Below, piece after piece: positions 60,501 through 64,000 of a stretch of DNA of 64,000 bases. The notes under the pieces are model-generated. The model was not told the origin of the DNA, did not search any database, and saw only the letters and a list, made by a program, of their open reading frames with translations. The position numbers and the translations under genes were made by a program. Positions within the stretch are counted from its first letter, which is position 1. Every line of letters starts with the position of its first letter. This DNA is from Paraphysomonas bandaiensis (Eukaryota; Protista; Chrysophyceae). The stretch is taken from positions 62,001 through 126,000 of the forward strand of contig CBFFRP010000039.1 of the NCBI GenBank assembly GCA_965644295.1. The letters run 5' to 3'.

Positions 60501-63500
60501 CTGAATACCATGTTCAGAAACCAAGCGGTACATCGACATGCCCGGCCATTGCTTGAACGCATTACGTGGTGCGATATTCATCAGTTCCTTAGTGAAAGCA
60601 ACCCGCCTTTTAACGTCCTCAGGGGATGAACCGAAGTCCACAAAGAAGTTCCTGTGTTTACCACGACTGAAAAATACTTCAATTGCACTGTCTCGCAAAC
60701 GGTATCTGCGTAGGTATATCGCACTGACAGCAGAGGTCAACCACTTCCTCCGCCGAGCTCGTCTATTGGACAGCACTGTAACCGCGGCTGAGTCAGCTGT
60801 TAACAACAGCTACAGCGTTACTCAACTATATATATCAATTTACAAACTTACTCAGATGACTTCCTTCGTGCTCGTTCGTGGTGAAAAAAAATATTTCCTT
60901 TGATGTGAAGGAGAGTATTCCCACGTAGTTTCCGCTAGGAGATATCAAAACAACGTCCGCCTCCTGAATAGTGGCATCTGTGTTCATCCGTCTTGTCCCA
61001 CTATGAGCAGGGCCCGTCTTAACATCACGTCCCTGTCGAATTCCTTCGGCCATGTCACGCATGTCTCCACCGGCATCTCCTAAAATTCGCTCCCCTTCCC
61101 CAGGACTAACCTCTTCCTCTTCCTGTGCAACTCCCACCACCCCGTACCCCTCTTCACTCCCATCTGCATCAATCACACCCCATCCACTACCTGGGTTGAC
61201 CCCCGCCCCCTTACCCTTCCCTTCTTCTTTAGTATCTTCTTCTTGACTAGTGACATCAACGATGGCGCCAGGAGAGGACATCAGAAGCATCTGCTGTAGC
61301 TCCTCGGCACTCATGGAGTTGCGATTCGTCTCCTGCTGATCACTTTTCAGGCCACCTGCATAAGAGTACTGCGCACCTTTATGACCTTCGCCGAAGCGTG
61401 GTCTTAAGACTATACGTCTGCGTGAGGGAAAATAACCCTCGTGAGCTACGCCGAGCTTCCATTCACAACTTAGTTCATCCAAGAATACCTCAGTCTCTAC
61501 CTTCCGTCGACAATTTCTCCAGAACCTTTGCGTAGCATCCACGGAAAACATTGCCGTCTCATCCGCACGCACGGACCGAACTTTTTCAGAATCCAGTCTA
61601 TCCTGCATAATGCCACGACGAATCTTTATCCAGTTGTGGAAGTATGTGTCTCGCAATCTTTCCTCTTCCTCTATCGCAGTAAACCCTATTTCAGACACAG
61701 TTTGAGATATGCGCGCTGGTCCTGTCGGCACATCCTCGTCGCGTGCTTCGGGCAACACTCTGTTAGACACGGGATCTAGATGAGGAAAGAGAATACCATC
61801 CTCGTCTGAATGCATGGGTGGGGAAAATTCATCCGCAGCTGGAGTAGGAGTCAGCAAATCTGTGACACCATCTGTTTGCTGCCCCAGCGGATGGGTCGAT
61901 ACCGAATTATGGTCGGTAGAAGAGACAACAGCTTCAGGGGCAGCATTGAAGACTGCAACGAGATCACCCTCATCAGCGAATGATATTGTGTCAGTGTTAT
62001 GCTCGTCCGGCTTGAGGTACATATGAAGCAGCATGAATATACTATCCACGTCTCCACAGCCCTCAGCGACACCAAGAGTGTCCACTATTTGCATGACATG
62101 GGCTGGGAGAGAAAGGTTCGCTCCAATGCCTGTGAAGCGCAGTTGAACAAAATATTGTACGATAGTAACGACCGCAGACTTGTAGCGGTCTCTGGTGGCT
62201 TCACATATGGAATTGTCCTTGATGGCGCTCTGTAGTTGGCTCAATATTCCAAGCACGACATCTCTGAAAACATCTTCCTGCACAAAAGACCTGGATATAC
62301 TCAATCATATACGATGTACCGTAAGATGCAACGTGTACATACCACTTCTCAGCTATATACGACAAAGTCAGTAACAGTTCGGTGCACATCCTGTCGGCTG
62401 TCTCCTCTGATATGCAATGCAGGCATCCCATGAAAATTCGTAGCACGGTCAGCACAACTTTGACCTCGTTTCTTCCCAAATCAGATTTCTCTCCAGACCT
62501 TCTTAAGCTGGCAATCATTTCCATTACATACATAAACATTTGCCTCTCCTCACTAGTTTGCACTCGGGAACAGTCTAGACCCAGCAAGTCGGCCGTATCT
62601 AAATCTCTTCGCAAACTCTCATTTTTCATAACCGGGTCGTTGCCGCAATACTGTCGCTCCTCGATTAGAGCCAGAAAGTGCCCAGTACAAGACATCATTT
62701 CTGAATTCCACCCGGTTTGTGTGCTTCGGCATAGCTTCTGCAAGCACAGAGAACAAATTCTAAATAGCAGCTTGTCCCTATATAGTTCTAGGGAAGGTAT
62801 GTGAAGACAGGACCGGAGCATCTTAAAAGACTCCCACGCAATAGGACCGAAGTAACGCAACTTGTACAGTAGGAGCTGACTAAGTGCATCCAATGCAAGT
62901 TCCATACATGTGCTGGCAGCATCACACTCATCACTCGATACTGCCACCTCTCCGAAAGGGCTTACCGACGTCCAATCGCTACACCTTTCTTCATTCTTGA
63001 AGGAAGTGTCGATTCCATCCTGAGAGTAAACCAGTCTCACGTCATCGGTGTCAACACTGCGTATTTCTGTTCTTCTGACCTCTCCGATTACTGCCAGATT
63101 GAGAAAATGTCTAATCCAGGATATATCCGGTAACAGGCTTAGAAGACATAAGTGGGAGTCATTAGTCTTCAAAAGCACGCTGATAGACATGAGCACTCGC
63201 TGGCACCATTGAAGGGGGGCTCTAGGAAGAAGAGTCGCAACAAGAGGAAGGGTCAACACAGTGTCAATCGTACCAAGAGGACCATCGTACAGGAATACAT
63301 CGAGCACGTCTGCAGCAGGTGTGAGCGCAATAACATCATCCTGGTTGCTAGAAGAATATACCCATCCCTCATTCCCCAAGCTCTCCTCAAGCACGGTCAC
63401 TAACATATTAACTGTTAGCCAGAGTCGTTCAACCGGTTTAAGAAGAGTTTTGAGACGCGCAACAGTCTCTCTTCTTTCTCTGTACTTCCTTGAGCCTTCC

Positions 63501-64000
63501 AGTGCCACATCACCTGTTTTATATCCATCACTTGTAGGAATGTAGAGCACGGAGAAACAGTGTCGCATCTCCAATACTTGATCCGGGAGATCGCCCAGCG
63601 ATTGCTGGAGGTCCCATAGGAGGATAGTAAGGGTCATTCTTCGTACACCTGTGGACAACATCACGCTCCTGTCACACAGCAACCTGAGAACAGTAGTCTC
63701 TGCAAATCTAATCTCCTTTAGGGAAAGCCTGAGGGCGCGAGGAGCAGAGAATCTGAAATGCTCAACTGTTTTCAGTAGCCGCTCTGCAACCTCACTGCAC
63801 GTAGTATTCTCTAAAGCAAGCAAAAGATACTCCATCTCCCTTAACGTTTCACGTCCACCTGACTGATGGGAAAATTGCAACGCGGCGTCCATCGCAATAC
63901 ACAACAACCTATGTCCTGCATCGGCAAGCTCAACCACATTACTATCTGTATGATTATTTGCAGTAGCTTCAGGAGTACGACAGTGCTTGTCTAAGATGTC
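57596..64000 (-). CDS. BEACH-domain protein (PH-BEACH-WD40, neurobeachin/LRBA-like), 5' part outside the window
   Basis: RRYRLRDSAIEVF (PH); [71 protein letters not shown]; WD-like tail; last exon ends at TAG 57596. Confidence 0.93.

Noticed and set aside
57817-63866. Numerous plus-strand ORFs opposite BEACH (and similar antisense ORFs in other genes)
   Set aside because: Shadow ORFs of long coding exons with no independent evidence

Overview
Compact eukaryotic nuclear DNA with short (about 37-72 nt) GT-AG introns. Gene content and style suggest a protist, probably a stramenopile (inference only). Fifteen protein genes are supportable, 14 of them in seven head-to-head pairs: hypothetical/TRM11; sulfotransferase-ankyrin-JmjC fusion/small Cys-rich protein; PX-C92 amidase/tandem NDPK-like; mitochondrial RCC1-like/membrane polysaccharide lyase; IQ protein/Cu P1B-ATPase; SAM methyltransferase/FGGY kinase; RPSA/CCT6. 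A partial BEACH gene ends the window. Transposons are confined to the convergent 3' spacers: three hAT derivatives (one with TIRs and an 8-bp TSD), a Ty3/Gypsy element with odd features (gag and pol in one frame separated by a single UGA, IFDN in place of YxDD, CCCH finger in Gag, no 3' LTR), and at least 8 copies of a ~0.5-kb non-coding retroposon. That retroposon is the main discovery candidate. Its first ~88 nt fold by eye into an HDV-like double-pseudoknot ribozyme closely paralleling the trypanosomatid L1Tc/ingi 77-nt signature, three copies have ~12-bp TSDs, and the copies lie downstream of host genes in the same orientation as those genes. All structure and splicing calls were made by eye and are not computed.
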